Shown piece after piece: positions 37,807-51,484 of a DNA stretch of 64,000 nt (position 1 is its first letter; each line of letters starts with the position of its first letter). This stretch comes from Eledone cirrhosa (lineage: Eukaryota). Made by a program: the position numbers and the translations under genes. The stretch spans positions 34,906,001-34,970,000 of the forward strand of contig OZ024752.1 of assembly GCA_964016885.1 (NCBI GenBank), in the 5' to 3' direction. The notes under the pieces are model-generated. The model made no database searches and was not told the DNA's origin. It saw nothing but the letters and a program-made list of their open reading frames with translations.

Positions 37807-40016
37807 TGTGGTGACATGATAAAACCTTTCCATCTCACCCAATACAACATTAACTGCCTCAGTTCTTTACCAGATAGTTCTGTATCTGTGGTGACATGAT
37901 AAAACCTTTCCATCTCACCCAATACAACATTAACTGCCTCAGTTCTTTACCAGATAGTTCTGTATCTGTGGTGACATGATAAAACCTTTCCATCTCACAC
38001 AATACAACATTAACTGCCTCAGTTCTTTACCAGATAGTTCTGTATCTGTGGTGACATGATAAAATCTTTCCATCTCACCCAATACAACATTAACTGCCTC
38101 AGTTCTTTACCAGATAGTTCTGTATCTGTGGTGACATGATAAAACCTTTCCATCTCACCCAATACAACATTAACTGCCTCAGTTCTTTACCAGATAGTTC
38201 TGTATCTGTGGTGACATGATAAAACCTTTCCATCTCACACAATACAACATTAACTGCCTCAGTTCTTTACCAGATAGTTCTGTATCTGTGGTGACATGAT
38301 AACATTTTTCCATCTCACCCAATACAACATTAACTGCCTCAGTTCTTTACCAGATAGTTCTGTATCTGTGGTGACATGATAAAACCTTTCCATCTCACAC
38401 AATACAACATTAACTGCCTCAGTTCTTTACCAGATAGTTCTGTATCTGTGGTGACATGATAAAACCTTTCCATCTCACCCAATACAACATTAACTGCCTC
38501 AGTTCTTTACCAGATAGTTCTGCATCTGTGGTGACATGATAACATTTTTCCTTCTCACCCAATACAACATTAACTGCCTCAGTTCTTACCCAGATAGTTC
38601 TGTATCTGTGGTGACATGGTAAAATCTTTCCATCTCACCCAATACAACATTAACTGCCTCAGTTCTTTACCAGATAGTTCTGTATCTGTGGTGACATGAT
38701 AAAACCTTTCCATCTCACACAATACAACATTAACTGCCTCAGTTCTTTACCAGATAGTTCTGTATCTGTGGTGACAAGATAAAACCTTTCCATCTCACCC
38801 AATACAACATTAACTGCCTCAGTTCTTTACCAGATAGTTCTGTATCTGTGGTGACATGATAAAACCTTTCCATCTCACCCAATACAACATTAACTGCCTC
38901 AGTTCTTTACCAGATAGTTCTGTATCTGTGGTGACATGATAAAATCTTTCCATCTCACCCAATACAACATTAACTGCCTCAGTTCTTTACCAGATAGTTC
39001 TGTATCTGTGGTGACATGATAAAACCTTTCCATCTCACACAATACAACATTAACTGCCTCAGTTCTTTACCAGATAGTTCTGTATCTGTGGTGACATGAT
39101 AAAACCTTTCCATCTCACCCAATACAACATTAACTGCCTCAGTTCTTTACCAGATAGTTCTGTATCTGTGGTGACATGATAAAACCTTTCCATCTCACCC
39201 AATACAACATTAACTGCCTCAGTTCTTTACCAGATAGTTCTGTATCTGTGGTGACATGGTAAAATCTTTCCATCTCACCCAATACAACATTAACTGCCTC
39301 AGTTCTTTACCAGATAGTTCTGTATATGTGGTGACATGATAAAACCTTTCCATCTCACACAATACAACATTAACTGCCTCAGTTCTTTACCAGATAGTTC
39401 TGTATCTGTGGTGACATGGTAAAATCTTTCCATCTCACCCAATACAACATTAACTGCCTCAGTTCTTTACCAGATAGTTCTGTATCTGTGGTGACATGAT
39501 AAAACCTTTCCATCTCACCCAATACAACATTAACTGCCTCAGTTCTTTACCAGATAGTTCTGTATCTGTGGTGACATGATAAAACCTTTCCATCTCACCC
39601 AATACAACATTAACTGCCTCAGTTCTTTACCAGATAGTTCTGTATCTGTGGTGACATGGTAAAATCTTTCCATCTCACCCAATACAACATTAACTGCCTC
39701 AGTTCTTTACCAGATAGTTCTGTATCTGTGGTGACATGATAAAACCTTTCCATCTCACACAATACAACATTAACTACCTCAGTTCTTTACCAGATAGTTC
39801 TGTATCTGTGGTGACATGGTAAAATCTTTCCATCTCACCCAATACAACATTAACTGCCTCAGTTCTTTACCAGATAGTTCTGTATCTGTGGTGACATGAT
39901 AAAACCTTTCCATCTCACCCAATACAACATTAACTGCCTCAGTTCTTTACCAGATAGTTCTGTATCTGTGGTGACATGATAAAACCTTTCCATCTCACAC
40001 AATACAACATTAACTG
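37807..40016. repeat. Minisatellite, 80-bp unit, ~27.5 highly homogeneous copies
   Basis: Unit GTGACATGATAAAACCTTTCCATCTCACCCAATACAACATTAACTGCCTCAGTTCTTTACCAGATAGTTCTGTATCTGTG. Confidence 0.97.
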
Positions 40017-40936
40017 AATCAATTCCTCATTGGATAATTCTGTTTCTTCCTCAATGACTCTCTTTAATGTCTTAAGAGGTCTTCTATGTTTGCGTTTCGC
40101 ATTAGTGGGCTCTTATAGTAAAAGTTTTGTAGCAGGTTTGTTGCCTCTCATGGAATCACCTGCAAGTTGAAGACACTTGACATGGATGGTATAGTTTCAC
40201 ATTAGTGGGCAGCTCCCATAATAAAGGTTTTCTAGCAGATTTTTTGCCTGTCATTACACAGGAGTGGTTGAACTGGTGGGGAATATATCTCCCCCCAATA
40301 ATTATATTTTTCTCCCCAAACTACCAAAACACATCTACTTGTATATGTGCTACAATTTATGTATATGTTATGTTTATCACATATCAAAGTTTTTTTTATA
40401 TTTTGGTTGATATTTGATAATAATAGTGTAATATATTATGTTAAACTTCATAGTAAACTTTTTTGTCATGTCATAACTTTTTCTCCACATATCACTATTT
40501 GACAATTGCTAGTATGTGTATTCAGAGACAGATTTCATAGAATATTAGGTTGCTATAATCACTTTATAATTATTGAAATTATTCTTCTAGTATCTCATAA
40601 ACATTTAAAAACAGTTTTGTTTTTATAAGCGGTTTAGTTTACATAATTATAACCGTAATTATTACACTATGTAATAAAAACAAATCAATTAACAAGTCAA
40701 CGAAGGGTCAATTGCGATGTCTTTTACCAGGCTAGAAATAGCAGCCAAATCTCCCGCCATCTTATTAAAAAATGTCCACAATGCTAATGAAAAAAAAAGA
40801 ACTATATCATTCCTAAAAACGAAAGTGGTAGGTTATCATCCAGTGGTACTGACAACACTTATATGGCTCGGAGACATAAACACTTTATCGCACCCACATT
40901 TATAAGCTTGATGTCTTCCACAAACATTGATTTGAT

Positions 40937-42252
40937 AGAAAAACTGGGCATTGGAAGATAAATGCGTGTGTGCAGATATTTGGTTCAAATGTAGTCGAAG
41001 GGGAGATAACCCGTCTTAAGTTGTCAACTGTCGTCTGTTTGTTAAGTCGTACTGAACCAGTTTAAAACTAGTAAAAACATACATTAGCAGCAACTGAATG
41101 AATTAGAAAAGCTGGAGTGTTAATAGTCGATTGTTAGAGACTCCAGCGTATTAAAATTTACAATTGGATTGAAGGTAGAAACACCATATGACATACCACT
41201 GTCAGTGACTCTTGTTTTGTCTTTTCCCCCCTCCGAGATAAACAAAATAAATTACATCTTCATTAATAGAAACCACAATGAAAAAAAGGACTCACACAAT
41301 TATCAGTATTAAGACGAGTCACACTCGATTGAACTGATAGTAATTCATATCACCAGCACCAGAGGTTGGCATCATAAAATAATAATAATGAAATTATTGT
41401 GTAAAGTGCTCAGGTGCACTACAACTCGTCAATATAGTACATAGAATAATACACAAATGTCAGGGAAGTACATGTGTGTATGTGTTAGCTGTAGTGTTGG
41501 CGGATCTCGGGAAGCATGGAGGCCTTAAAGGATGCAGTGTCTCGACAGCTAACAACTGATGTAGGTAGTTTGTTCCATGCTTCAGCAACTCTGAGCGTGA
41601 AAAAATGTTTCCGAAAGTCATGGGAACTGTGCTATTTTCTTACTTTGTGGGCATGTCCACGTGTGTTAGACACATGGAAATTAAAAAGGTACTCAGGGTT
41701 GTTGTTGGCAACATGGTTAACAATTTTGTGGGTGTTTACCAAGTCAGTTGCCATAATTACACACACGTACGCAGTTTCTTGATACAATGTTTCGAATATG
41801 TTAGCTTATCTAAAATATCATTAGAGAGGAGTCCCTACGTTCCTATATAAATCGCTTTCTTCTACTTGCCTTGGATATAATTTAATTTTTATCCAACGAT
41901 ACTGAAGAGAAGAGCCAGTCTATTAAAAGCAGCCATGTTTAGTACTGTACATTAGACATGAGAGATCCTTAGTGAGAGCGAGGCCTAGTTTTTGGGAGGG
42001 AACTCCAAGGTTTTTCAAATTTCATGTTAATGTTTAAAGGTGGAGAGATGCTATGATGTTTTAGTGCCTGAGACATGTATTAAACGAAGCAAACAAACAA
42101 TGAACCTGTTAACATTCAAACACACCTCCACTTACTCCAAGTGTGAACCTAATATGATTTTGTATTTTTTGCATCCCTGTGTTTGTTTTGTTTCATTTAT
42201 CAACTATTTTTCCACGCTTACTCGGCTTGCCGGATTTTATGTACACACACAT

Positions 42253-42286
<34 letters not shown>

Positions 42287-42936
42287 TTTATAAATGGAGA
42301 TATCTGCTTACCTTTGACTATACAAGATGCTAGAAAGTTGAATGTGCTATTATGATGGAATACATCCAAGGTAAGTTCCATGAGTAAAGTTTTCTATGTA
42401 TTTTAAAGACATTTGCGTGTTTATTTTCTAGGAAGATTTGTCTGCTATTTTTAGTTTATTGAGCGATTGCATAGGGACGTTCCCTGTTGAGATGTGCTAG
42501 AAATAGCAGCTAAATCACCATAAAACATCCTTCTGAAGGATACAGTTCACAGTGTCATCTTCAATACACAAAACGATAGCTTGTTGGGTTAATCAGGTGT
42601 AGGCCGTTTTTCGTTCGAGGTCTGCTTCCGCAGGGCTGATCCCTGGTTAAACAACAGACCCTATGAATATATATAGTCTAGTCTAAAGTCTGTCTCAAAC
42701 CCGGCATCTCATCAGGCCGGTGCTTATGCCGGTGTCCGTGGCGTTAAGCCACTGAGAGTACAATGCCCCGCCCCTGGACAGGACGACAAACCATCGCAAG
42801 ATTAAACTCCCAGCTATTGTCGGTATTCATTTTCAGTTGAGTGATGTTACACTTCTCTGCGTCAGAAATGTCTCGGGAGGGAATTACAACAGAAATTTTA
42901 CAGACAAAACTAGGGTTGATTCTTCTTTTTTTATCT

Positions 42937-42967
<31 letters not shown>

Positions 42968-43248
42968 CTTCTTACTCCCTCTCTCTCTCCTTCTTACTCC
43001 CTCTCTATCACTCTCTCTCCTTCTCAAGAAGTAATCAACTATGTTCAGACCTGGTTTTGGAGATGGGCTCTGCCGTATTTTAAAAAATAACCAAAAGCTG
43101 GTGTATATCACTACAGTGTCCTTACAACTAAACCAGGAATTACAGGTAAAAGAAATTATAATTACATGCGGCCTAGTGGTAAGGGTGTTGGACTAATGAC
43201 CATAACGTTGTGTTCTTGAGCAAAACACTTCATGATGTGTTGCTCCAG

Positions 43249-43334
<86 letters not shown>

Positions 43335-43858
43335 AGTGAGAGAGAGAGTGTGTACGCACGCACGTGTGTATATGTATGTCTGTGGGTGCTCCCAGTACAA
43401 TCGAGTGTGACCCGTCTTAAAACGAGTAAATTTGGGGAGTGTATATATTTGTGACTGTGGGTAACATCAAGCAATTTTATATAGGTAAAAATAATTATAA
43501 TTCTGTGGTAGTTTATAAAACATTTTATATCAGAAGTTTATTCTGTTAATCTCGGATGTTGGAAAAGACAACAGAGTCACTGACAGTGGTATGTTTTATG
43601 GGGTTTCTACCTCTAACACAAGGCTAAATGGTAAAATCATTGAGTCCCTAACCTTCCACTATTTACTCTCCAATTTTTCTAATTTATATCATTGCTTCAA
43701 ATGGTTGTTATTATTAGTTTTAAGGAGTTTTAAACTGATTCAATACCACTTAACAAACAGACGACAGTTGACAACTTGAGACTGGTTATCTCCCCTTTGA
43801 CTACATTTGAACCAAATATCTGCACACACGCATTTATCTTCCAATGCCCAGTTTTTCT
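40937..43858. repeat. Pair of inverted ~400-bp diverged repeats (40937-41330 and 43398-43858)
   Basis: GAAAAACTGGGCATTGGAAGATAAATGCGTGTGTGCAGATATTTGG and CCACTGTCAGTGACTC appear reverse-complemented in the right arm. Confidence 0.75.
41380..41753 (-). mobile_element. CR1-type LINE 3' fragment
   Basis: Reverse complement of ~45175-45545. Confidence 0.85.
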
Positions 43859-44209
43859 CACAAATCATCCGGTGATCGTTGTTCAATTCCTCGTACTTTA
43901 TAAATCTAGTGAAGCATGTTCGATTCGTATATATTATGCATAGTCGCGTACACGCATATATGTATGTTTTTATATTTATTTATATATATATGTATGTGTG
44001 TGTATATATATGTAACACAAAATATCTGTGTGTGGTAAAGAAAGTAGTGTAAGAGCTGATATATTTTATATTTATGTTCATACTCAAAACAAAAACGGCT
44101 ACCTTGGTTTTCAAGGCCTAGTTATGGTCACCTCCCCGTACTGTGAACGGTCTGGGGAGATGGTCATTACTAGACATTGAAACCAAAGTTAGCGCTTTCC
44201 CATTCTGCG

Positions 44210-44752
44210 TATAATATAGTATAGTATAGTATAGTATAGTATAATGTAGTACACTGTACCATAGTACCGTATAGTATATATATGTATAGTATACATAGTA
44301 TAGTATAATAAAGTATAATAGAGTACAACACAATATAGTACAGTACAGCATAATATAGTATAATATAGTATTGTACAGTATACTATAATATAGTACAGTA
44401 CAGTAAACATAGTATAATACAGTATTGTATAGAACAGAATCGGAGAGTATAGTATTCTATAGTATAGTACAGTATAGTATAGTATAGCAAATATAGTATA
44501 GTACAGTATAGTATATTACAGTACAGCATAGTATAGCAAATATAGTATAGTACAGTATAGTATAGTATAGTACAGTACAGTATAGTATGGTACAGTATAG
44601 TATAGCAGTGTATAGTATAATACAGTACAGTATACTACAGTATAGTAGAGCATAGTATAATATAGTATAGTACAGTGTCGTATAAAATAGTAGAGTATAG
44701 TACATTATAGTATAGTACGGTAGAGTATAATATAGTATAGTATAGTATAATG
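44210..44752. repeat. (TATAG/TACAG)n pentanucleotide repeat
   Basis: Direct inspection. Confidence 0.95.
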
Positions 44753-45009
44753 CAGTGGACTATTGCTTTGAATAACCTCATCGCTAGGCAAAGGATCATT
44801 ACGCATGCATTATAAAGGTTCAATATTTTCGGCGATCTTCCATGAAAACCTCAAATTCTCTATAATTAATTGTTATAAACCTATTCTTCTTCTTCTTCTC
44901 ACACTTATTCCTGAGAAGCTTCGTAGGAGCAGAGTCCTCAAACACTCCCCTTCTAGTGGGTCTTGCTGTCAGAATGTAAATTGTTTACACAAAACAAATT
45001 TCCGCAGAT

Positions 45010-45545
45010 AAAATTTGCATCACCAGTCTGGAACCCCTATCTTGCTCAGGACATTGACCGCCTGGAAACTGTTCAGAGACGTGCAACCAAGCGAATACCC
45101 TCCATCAGGCATCTACCATACTCTGAGCGCCTTGCTTCCCTGGGCATGGATTCATTGAAGCTCCGACGCCTGGCAACTGACTTGGTAAACACCCACAAAA
45201 TTGTTAACCATGTTGCCAACAACAACCCTGAGTGCCTTTTCGATTTCCATGTGTCTAACACACGTGGACATGCCCACAAAGTAAGAAAACAGCACAGTTC
45301 CCATGACTTTCGGAAACATTTTTTCACGCTCAGAGTTGCTGAAGCATGGAACAAACTACCTGCATCAGTTGTTAGCTGTCGAGACACTGCATCCTTTAAG
45401 GCCTCCATGCTTCCCGAGATCCGCCAACACTACAGCTAACACATACAAACATGTACTTCCCTGACATTTGTGTATTATTCTATGTACTATATTGACGAGT
45501 TGTAGTGCACCTGAGCACTTTACACAATAATTTCATTATTATAAA
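45010..45545 (+). mobile_element. CR1-type LINE 3' fragment
   Basis: FASPVWNPY...LETVQRRATK...YSERL...RRL...TRGH...FFTLRVAEAWNKLP; (ATT)n tail. Confidence 0.88.
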
Positions 45546-45802
45546 GTAAAAAAAAAAATAATTTTTAAAAAAAAGGGAACAATATGGTGGTTCTACTAAT
45601 TATAGTTTTATTTTTCATTTTATTTTACACTGAACAGAAAAGAACACCCCCACCCGACTCCACCCAACCCGACCTAACAAATCCCAAACTGGTAACACTG
45701 TTTATGAAGACAACGGGACGATGTATGATGAATATATAAATGTTTCAGCGTAAAGTCACGGGTAAGGTAGTCACACGTGACGAATTATAATTGTCCTGAG
45801 AT

Positions 45803-46163
45803 TCTGTCTGTCTGTCTGTCTGTCTGTGAGCATGTGTGTGTGTGTGTATGTATGTCTGTGTGTGTATGTATGTCTGTGTGTGTGTGTATGTCTGTATGTC
45901 TGTGTGTGTATGTATGTCTGTGTGTGTGTGAGCGCGTGTGTGTGTGTATGTATGTCTGTGTGTGTATGTATGTCTGTGTGTGTGTGAGCGTGTGTGTGTG
46001 TGTGTATGTATGTCTGTGTGTGTGAGCGTGTGTGTGTATGTCTGTATGTCTGTGTGTGTATGTATGTCTGTGTGTGTGTGTATGTCTGTATGTCTGTGTG
46101 TGTATGTATGTCTGTGTGTGAGCGTGTGTGTGTGTGTGTATGTATGTCTGTGTGTGTGTGTGT
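45803..46163. repeat. (GT)n/GTAT/GTCT compound microsatellite
   Basis: Direct inspection. Confidence 0.9.
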
Positions 46164-46364
46164 TGTGCAAATCCCTGTGTGGGGATGGGCTGGTGTGGGG
46201 AGTGAAGGGATGAAAAATCACTCATATCCAAATGTACCCATTTATAGGTGAACATACATGTTCTTCCCATCAACATCCGTCTTCTCTGGATCATCATCAT
46301 CACCATCACCATCACCATCATCTGGATCATCATCATCGTCAATAACAACTGCAACTTCATGAAG

Positions 46365-46387
46365 TTAAGTTACGGGATCAGGAATTA
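46365..46387 (-). CDS. Putative last coding exon (VIPDPVT*) of the minus-strand membrane-protein gene
   Basis: Strong acceptor TTTTTTTTCTTTCTCAATTTCAG; phase 1 matches exon 48686-48757. Confidence 0.5.
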
Positions 46388-46475
46388 CTGAAATTGAGAA
46401 AGAAAAAAAATATATATATATATATATATATTATGAAAGTAAAACAAAGAAGCCTACAATACATCAAAAGTCTTT

Positions 46476-46520
46476 ATTAGCCAACAATGTTTCGTCCTAT
46501 TAAGGACTCATCAGGGCAAT
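46476..46520 (-). ncRNA. Minimal type I hammerhead ribozyme
   Basis: UUGCC-CUGAUGA-GUCC uuaaua GGAC-GAAAC-AUU-GUU/GGCUAA; canonical core. Confidence 0.85.
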
Positions 46521-46605
46521 TAAAACAACAAGAAGTATTATCGGCCTATACAAGCTGAAAACTCCGAAGAATATGGAGTGTACATACACTAAAGTATTGC
46601 AAGAT

Positions 46606-46676
<71 letters not shown>

Positions 46677-47376
46677 AGATTATATATATATATATATATA
46701 TATTGGTAAACGGAAAAGAAAATGGTGACAAATTGTTCACAGTGAAAAATAGTTTAATTAGGAATAAGTGAGAATTAGTAATAGTATTGGTTAGTATTCA
46801 GTTTTGGTTTTAAGTTTTACCGGTTGCGCATTTCTAATGCTTTTCAAAAATAATTTTGAGATAGAGCGTCCGTGATGTTTGCTCTGATCTGATTAGTTTT
46901 GGGAATTCTACCTGTTTTTATGTTAAAAAAAGTGGCTCCAGAGGTATTAAAATAAGTTTCGCGCCAATTCGTGTTGCAAAAATTCTTGTGGTCAAAACAA
47001 TTTTGATTGGTCGGTAGAGGTCATGTGAATGTTAAAAATTGATTTTGCGCCAAATGTAGGTTTGTGTCGGCTGATTGAGAAGTCACTGAAAAATAAGTCT
47101 TTCAAAACAAATATGTGTGTGTGTGTGTGTAGTAGTAGTAAAGAGGTTCGTTGTTGTGATAATGGTCAGCAGGGATGTGTGTGCGAACCGCAGCCTGTTG
47201 ACAGTTCAAATGCCTATTAAGACAAGTGTGTGTGTGTGTGTGTGTAGCAGAGTAATTCGTGGTAGAGGGATGGTCAGTAGGAATGTGTCTGCAAGTGTGT
47301 GGGGGATATTTTAACATGTTAAAAGATATTTTTCAGCTCTTGTCTTATACGGAGAAGTGTGTGTGTGTGTGTATAT

Positions 47377-47760
47377 ATACAATATATTAACAAATGGAAA
47401 CTATATTTATAAAACCATATTTATTTTATTATACATATTTCAAGGGCCACCAAGGCAAATTATGGTGCACTTTCATCAGATAAAATACAATACAGATTAG
47501 TTTTATAAATAAATATTGACATACCCTGAAAAAATATTTATAAAACTAATCTGTATTGTATTTTATCTGATGAAAGCGCACCATAATTTGCCTTGGTGGC
47601 CCTTGAAATATGTATAATAAAATAAATATGGTTTTATAAATATAGTTTCCATTTGTTAATATATTGTATATTTACTCCACTAAACTGTTGAGTGCTTTAT
47701 ATCAGTTATAAAAAAATGTTTAAGCTTGTTGAATCCCAACAAATTAAATATAACCTCTGC
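47377..47760. mobile_element. Fold-back PLE terminal repeat with two inverted HHRs (47422-47487 minus, 47559-47624 plus)
   Basis: Arms ~47377-47511 and ~47536-47670; UAUUUUAU-CUGAUGA-helix II-GAAA-UAUGUA-UA/AUAAAAUA on both arms. Confidence 0.85.
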
Positions 47761-47856
47761 ATATATATATATATAAATAAAATTAGAACTTTATTTCTTG
47801 CCCTAGTGCAGCTGATACATAAATGTAAGTGTGCACACATACACACACACATATAT

Positions 47857-47959
<103 letters not shown>

Positions 47960-48138
47960 CATACACATACATATATACATACATACACATACATATATAC
48001 ATATACATATATACATATACATACATATATACATATACACATGTATCAATGCCAAAACGATTATAAGCACAGTAACAAGTATATAGGAACAACAAAAATA
48101 TGATGATGATGACATGTACATATGGGTTATAACAAACA

Positions 48139-48535
48139 TCATCATCATCATTTCATTTTACGTTCACTTTTTCCCTGCTTGCAAGGGTGGGACGGGAACT
48201 GATGCTGGCTTGATTTCTACAGCTGGATGCCCTTCCTAACACCAACCTCATTTACAGTGAGTGCTGGGTGCTTTTTTGCCGTGGCACCTCCACGTCCACT
48301 TTACAGTGTGGGCTGGGTGTTTTTTTGCCGTGGCACCTCCACGACCACTTGGCAGTGGAATGATAGGGACTGGGACCCCAGTCCCTATCATCTCATTTCT
48401 ACAGCTGTGTAAACTGGCGCAATGTGAAATAAAGTGTCTTGCTCAAGGAAACAACACATCACCCGGTCCGAAAATTTAACTCACAACCTTTCGATTGCAA
48501 GGCCAATGCTCTACCCACTAAGCTATGTGCCTCCA
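48139..48535 (-). mobile_element. SINE family 2, full length
   Basis: Reverse complement of 61557-61905, with an extra internal ~50-bp tandem unit. Confidence 0.85.
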
Positions 48536-48620
48536 CACACACACACACACACACTCTCACATATATATGTATATACCCGTCCCCACAATTTTTCTATTTA
48601 TCCTTTAATTTCTTATACTT

Positions 48621-48656
48621 TTTCCTGATGAAGGACTAGTGTCTGAAACGTTAAGA
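48621..48656 (+). ncRNA. Minimal hammerhead motif, slightly degenerate (family of 11251)
   Basis: CTGATGAAGGACTAGTGTCTGAAACGTTAAGA; a more decayed copy lies at ~52763-52800 (-). Confidence 0.6.
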
Positions 48657-48685
48657 CTTTTTCCTTTGAAGTTAACATAACTTAC

Positions 48686-48757
48686 CTGTTGTCAAAATAA
48701 TACGGCTCTTGTTGACGAAGTCTGAATTAATCGATCTATTTGTTCCTGATTTATCAT
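48686..48757 (-). CDS. Coding exon 3 of the uncharacterised membrane-protein gene (DDKSGTNRSINSDFVNKSRIILTT)
   Basis: TTTTCAG|...ACAG|GTAAGT; 72 nt, phase 1-1, open; two N-x-S sequons. Confidence 0.75.
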
Positions 48758-49097
48758 CTGAAAATATGAACATTTCAAAATTCGATTGGATTTTAACAAA
48801 TCGATGAAAGAATCTTTTAACATCTTGGTTTACAAATCTTACGAAATGTCAAAGTTGTCTTTTGTTGTCTTTGTTTTTTTTTTTTGTTTTTTTTTTGTTT
48901 TTTTTTGAGGGGGGGTCGGAAATGAAGATTATCATTTTTTTGTGGTTGTTTTTATTGTTTTTTTTTTTGAAATTGTTAAAATTTGTTTACACTCAACCCC
49001 CAACACACACACTCTATGTCTTTGTCCTGTACTGTCATAATGTTTTTTTCTTGATGTGGACCCTTTGTGGTTAATATAGAAATTATTATTATTGTTG

Positions 49098-49625
49098 AGG
49101 GCGGTGGATTGGCAGCATCGGTAGAGGGTCGGACGCCATGCTTTGCAGCATAGAGTTACGGCCCTTTGCGGTCTGAGTTCAAATCCCGCCGAGGTTAACT
49201 TTGCCTTTCATCCTTACGGGGATGATAAAATAAAGTACCAGTAATCTACTGGGTAATTGCTGGCCTTGTGCCAAAAGTAGAAACAATTATTATCTGAGTT
49301 CAAATCCCGCTGAGGTTGACTTTGTCTTTCATCCTTGCGGGGTCGATAAAATAAAGTACCAGTAATGTACTGGATAATTGCTGGCCTTGTGCCAAAGGTA
49401 GAAACAATTATTATTGTTAGGGCGGTGGATTAGCAGTAATGGTAGAGAGTCGGACAACATGCTTTGCAGCATAGAGTTACGGCCCTTTGCAGTCTGAGTT
49501 CAAATCCTGCCTTTCAATAGGGTCGATAAAATAAAGTACCAGTCATGCACTGGGGTTGATTTAATCCCCCCCCCAAAAAAAAAATTGCTGGTCTTGTGTC
49601 TATATAAGAAACCATTATTATTATT
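49098..49625 (+). mobile_element. Tandem SINE family 1 copies
   Basis: Three head-to-tail copies of the core. Confidence 0.85.
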
Positions 49626-49724
49626 ATTGACAAGTAGAGAGATGTTGTGCTGAATAGGGCCCGTCCCACCCTAGGGCCCGTCCCACCCGTCCCACCCTTG
49701 CAAGCAGGGAAAAGCGGACGTAAA

Positions 49725-49763
<39 letters not shown>

Positions 49764-50281
49764 GTTGTTGTTTCACATCAATGACCAATGGTGGTCAGTA
49801 ATAAGAGACAGGGTCCCACATCTATTGATCTGAAGACTGAGTACTTCTCCCGGTCTACTCATAAGGGAAAGCTAGCAAAGGGGTCCAATATCAATTAAAA
49901 TCGCAAAACATTGAAACCCGTATATAGAAATGGAGATGAAGTGTCACTATATGATAGAGTTTCTATTACAAAGGACCACAATAGAAACTATAAAAAGACA
50001 TTACTTAAAATGTTTCTCTGGGGGTGTGTGTGTGTATGTGTGTATTTGTGTGTGCATATCTGTGCATGTATGTGTTTGTGTGTGTGTACCTGAACATAGT
50101 CAAAGCTTATAGAAATCTAAAGGCTCATCAGGTTGGTGCTTATCTCAGTTTCTGTGGCATGATGCGACTGAGAGTACAAGACTTCCCCTTGGACAGGATG
50201 CCAGTCCATCACAAAGTTACCTCACTTTTCCCAGCTATTACTGGTACACATTTTCAGCTGAGTATACTGGAGCAATGTGAA

Positions 50282-50888
50282 ATAATAATAATGAAATTAT
50301 TGTGTAAAGTGCTCAGGTGCACTACAACTCATCAAAGGTGCATGTATAGTACGTAGAATAATATACAAATGTCAGGGAAGTGAATAGTGTATGAGTCATG
50401 ATATACATGTGTGTATGTGTTTGGAGGGGGAACATTAGCTGTAGTGTTGGCAAATCTCGGGAAGCATGGAGGCCTTAAAGGATGCAGTGTCTCGACAGCT
50501 AACAACTGATGCAGGTAGTTTGTTCCATGCTTCAGCAACTCTGAGCGTGAAAAAAATGTTTCCGAAAGTCATAGGAACTGTGCTGTTTTCTGACTTTGTG
50601 GACATGTCCACGTGTGTTAGACACATGGAAATCAAAAAGGTACTCAGGGTTGTTGTTGGCAACATGGTTAACAATTTTGTGGGTGTTTACCAAGTCAGTT
50701 GCCAGGCGTCGGAGCTCCAATGTATCCATGCCCTGGGAAGCATGGCGTTCAGAGTATGGTAGATGCCTGATGGAGGGTATTCGCTTGGTTGCACGTCTCT
50801 GAACAGTTTCCAGGCGGTCAATGTTCTGAGCAAGATAGGGGTTCCATACTGGTGATGCAAATTCTAAGTGTGGCCGCACCATAGCCAT
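50282..50888 (-). mobile_element. CR1-type LINE 3' fragment
   Basis: MVRPHLEFASPVWNPY...RRATK...WNKLP, with one frameshift. Confidence 0.88.
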
Positions 50889-51236
50889 TGAAGTGTTTTG
50901 CTCGAGAACACAACACACAACCCAGTCCAGGAATCAAACAGATGACATTATGATTGTAAGTCCAACACACTTACCACTAGGCTATGTGTCTCCACTTATA
51001 GAAATCGAAAAGGTGTATAAAGAAATACAATATGATGTGGTTATATATCATCATCATACGTCCACTTTTCCCTGCTTGCAAGGGTGGGACAGGTCCTATT
51101 CAGCACAGCATCTCTCCATTCATCACAGTCCTTCGTCATTTCCTCGTTAATATATTCAATATTAATCCATATGTTTGTTGTATGAAGTCATCTTAACAAT
51201 ACAAAACATGTAATAGTATAAACGTGTTTGACTAAC

Positions 51237-51459
51237 CTGAGATGAGTGTAATTGCGACCCCCAGGGCTGCCAGAAGACCAAGGAAAACCAAAACACAGGA
51301 AATGATCCAAAGAATTCGACCAATTTTCTCTAGTAACATCTTTCTTGATTCACGGTAAGAACTGCTCCCTAAATCTGCCCGGCTACCTTTAAATGATGAA
51401 TAGGGTTCAGGACAATCATAAGATTGTCCAGAGCCCAAGCTGGGATATTTCAAAGGTAA
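51237..51459 (-). CDS. Coding exon 2 of the uncharacterised membrane-protein gene (contains the TM helix ILWIISCVLVFLGLLAALGVAITLI)
   Basis: TTGTTTCAG|TTACCT...TCAG|GTTAGT; 223 nt, phase 0 to 1. Confidence 0.8.
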
Positions 51460-51484
51460 CTGAAACAATAAGAAGGGTTAAATT

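Noticed and set aside
37807-40016. CRISPR-like regular array
   Set aside because: Whole 80-bp units repeat with no unique spacers, no cas genes, and the context is eukaryotic.
45785-46360. Met-rich ORF MKLQLLLTMMMIQ... as a secreted protein
   Set aside because: Derives from ATG/GTG triplet repeats and runs into a microsatellite without a convincing splice donor.
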